Positions 32,438 to 33,471 of a stretch of DNA of 33,471 nucleotides are shown piece by piece. The position numbers and the translations under genes are program-made. The stretch comes from Nitrospirota bacterium. Its GTDB lineage: Bacteria; Nitrospirota; Thermodesulfovibrionia; JACRGW01. The notes under the pieces were generated by a model, which saw only the letters and a list, made by a program, of their open reading frames with translations, made no database searches and was not told the DNA's origin. The stretch lies in the NCBI GenBank assembly GCA_016212195.1, contig JACRGW010000158.1:1-33471 (forward strand), written 5' to 3'. Numbering within the stretch: position 1 is the stretch's first letter; every line of letters starts with the position of its first letter.

Positions 32438-33471
32438 ATGCATGACGTAGTTAAAGAAGCAACCAATCTAATTAACCTCGATGTGATGAATATAGTTTAT
32501 CTCTTTATTATGGGATTTATAGGCGGGCTTGTGAGTGGATTTATAGGCTCTGGTGGAGCATTCGTTCTTACACCGGGTATGATGAGTTTGGGTGTGCCCG
32601 GGCTTGTGGCGGTTGCAAGTAATATGTGCCACAAGTTCCCGAAGGCACTTGTTGGTGCAATCAAACGTGCAAGATACGGTCAGGTGGATTTAAAGTTAGG
32701 TCTGATCCTTGGCATTTCAGCAGAGGCAGGTGTTCTGTATGGGGTCCACATTCAGGAAAGCATAAAAAGGTCTTTCGGAGATGCAGGTTCCAATCTTTAT
32801 GTCAGTGTGGCTTTTGTTGTTGTGCTTGGTATTGTTGGTTCCTTTGTGTTGCTCGATGCATGGAAGACATACAGATCAGGGAATACCCATGAAGAAGAAA
32901 AGGTTACAAGATTGGCAAAATGGGTGCAATCTGTTAACATACCCGGCACAATGGTATATTTCAAGAGCCTGAATGCAAGAATCTCTATTCTCTTTACCAT
33001 ACCTCTGGGTTTTGCCACCGGCATGCTTGCTGCTACCATTGCGGTTGGTGGTTTCATCGGCGTCCCTTCTATGATTTATGTCCTCGGAGCCCCAAGCCTG
33101 ATGGCATCTGCAACAGAACTCGTAATAGCCTTTGTTATGGGACTTGGCGGATCTTTCAAATATGCCCTGAGTGGACTTGTTGATATCCGCCTTGCAATGA
33201 TTATCCTTGCAGGGTCTCTCTTCGGTATTCAATTGGGGGCGATTGGTACAACCTATGTTAAGGGCTACATGATAAAACTCGTGATGGGAACCATTATGGT
33301 AATTGTCCTCTTCAGCCGTGCATTGATGATCCCCGTTTATCTTGCACAGCTGGATGTTATAGCACCCCTCGGTGAAGGTCTGGTTAAGTTGTTGAAAAGC
33401 ACAAGTTTTGGTATAATGGTACTGGCACTCCTATTTGGAGGGATGATGGTTCTCAGTGCACTCTTTAAAGG
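32438..33471 (+). CDS. Second TSUP (TauE/SafE, DUF81) family transporter; the 3' end lies beyond the window
   Basis: Absent from the ORF track because there is no stop within the window. The translation from ATG 32438 (AAGGAGGT 8 nt upstream) reads MHDVVKEATNLINLDVMNIVYLFIMGFIGGLVSGFIGSGGAFVLTPGMMSLGVP...GFATGMLAATIAVGGFIGVPSMIYVLG... It shows both TSUP repeat halves and stays open for 344 codons. Confidence 0.8.
   Translation, partial: MHDVVKEATNLINLDVMNIVYLFIMGFIGGLVSGFIGSGGAFVLTPGMMSLGVPGLVAVASNMCHKFPKALVGAIKRARYGQVDLKLGLILGISAEAGVLYGVHIQESIKRSFGDAGSNLYVSVAFVVVLGIVGSFVLLDAWKTYRSGNTHEEEKVTRLAKWVQSVNIPGTMVYFKSLNARISILFTIPLGFATGMLAATIAVGGFIGVPSMIYVLGAPSLMASATELVIAFVMGLGGSFKYALSGLVDIRLAMIILAGSLFGIQLGAIGTTYVKGYMIKLVMGTIMVIVLFSRALMIPVYLAQLDVIAPLGEGLVKLLKSTSFGIMVLALLFGGMMVLSALFK

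Noticed and set aside
32626-33232. Four ORFs (63-118 aa) listed in the track at the right edge
   Set aside because: All are out of frame with, or antisense to, the open-ended TSUP reading frame that starts at 32438. Their translations (Cys/Trp/Arg/His-rich) are not protein-like.

Overview
A 33.5-kb chromosomal window from an AT-leaning, anaerobe-type bacterium. Gene content and style resemble Nitrospirota/Thermodesulfovibrionia or deltaproteobacteria-like lineages, but the taxon cannot be determined from this window. I saw no rRNA, tRNA, CRISPR array, transposase or integrase.

Left part, minus strand: a CO-oxidation module made of an RcoM-like PAS-LytTR regulator, cooF, cooS and the 5' end of an FAD/NAD(P) oxidoreductase that runs off the window. 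It is followed by an ordinary cell-shape operon (RDD gene, mreB, mreC, mreD, mrdA, rodA).

Centre, plus strand: dtd, then a tightly packed 14-kb, 11-gene chemosensory cluster. Its genes are cheA, an ExeA-type AAA ATPase, a long cheW, an MCP with a C-terminal PhnD-like binding-protein domain, a Cache-type MCP, cheW, a 670-aa HEAT-repeat protein, cheR, cheB, a coiled-coil-GAF protein and cheY. There are no flagellar genes nearby and the receptors are unusually long. This is the best candidate for an undescribed alternative-output chemosensory system.

Right part: a TSUP (TauE/SafE) transporter with a small membrane partner, a CPA2 antiporter, a C-terminal relic of a paralog of that partner gene, and a HepT/MntA toxin-antitoxin pair followed by a small membrane gene. 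A sigma54 two-component system (HK plus NtrC-type regulator) is transcribed divergently from a sigma54-promoter-driven operon encoding a USP-like protein, a small membrane protein and a second TSUP. That last gene is open-ended and absent from the ORF track.

Several short intergenic repeat families and candidate regulatory elements are also reported. All domain calls come from reading motifs in the translations. No database search was run.
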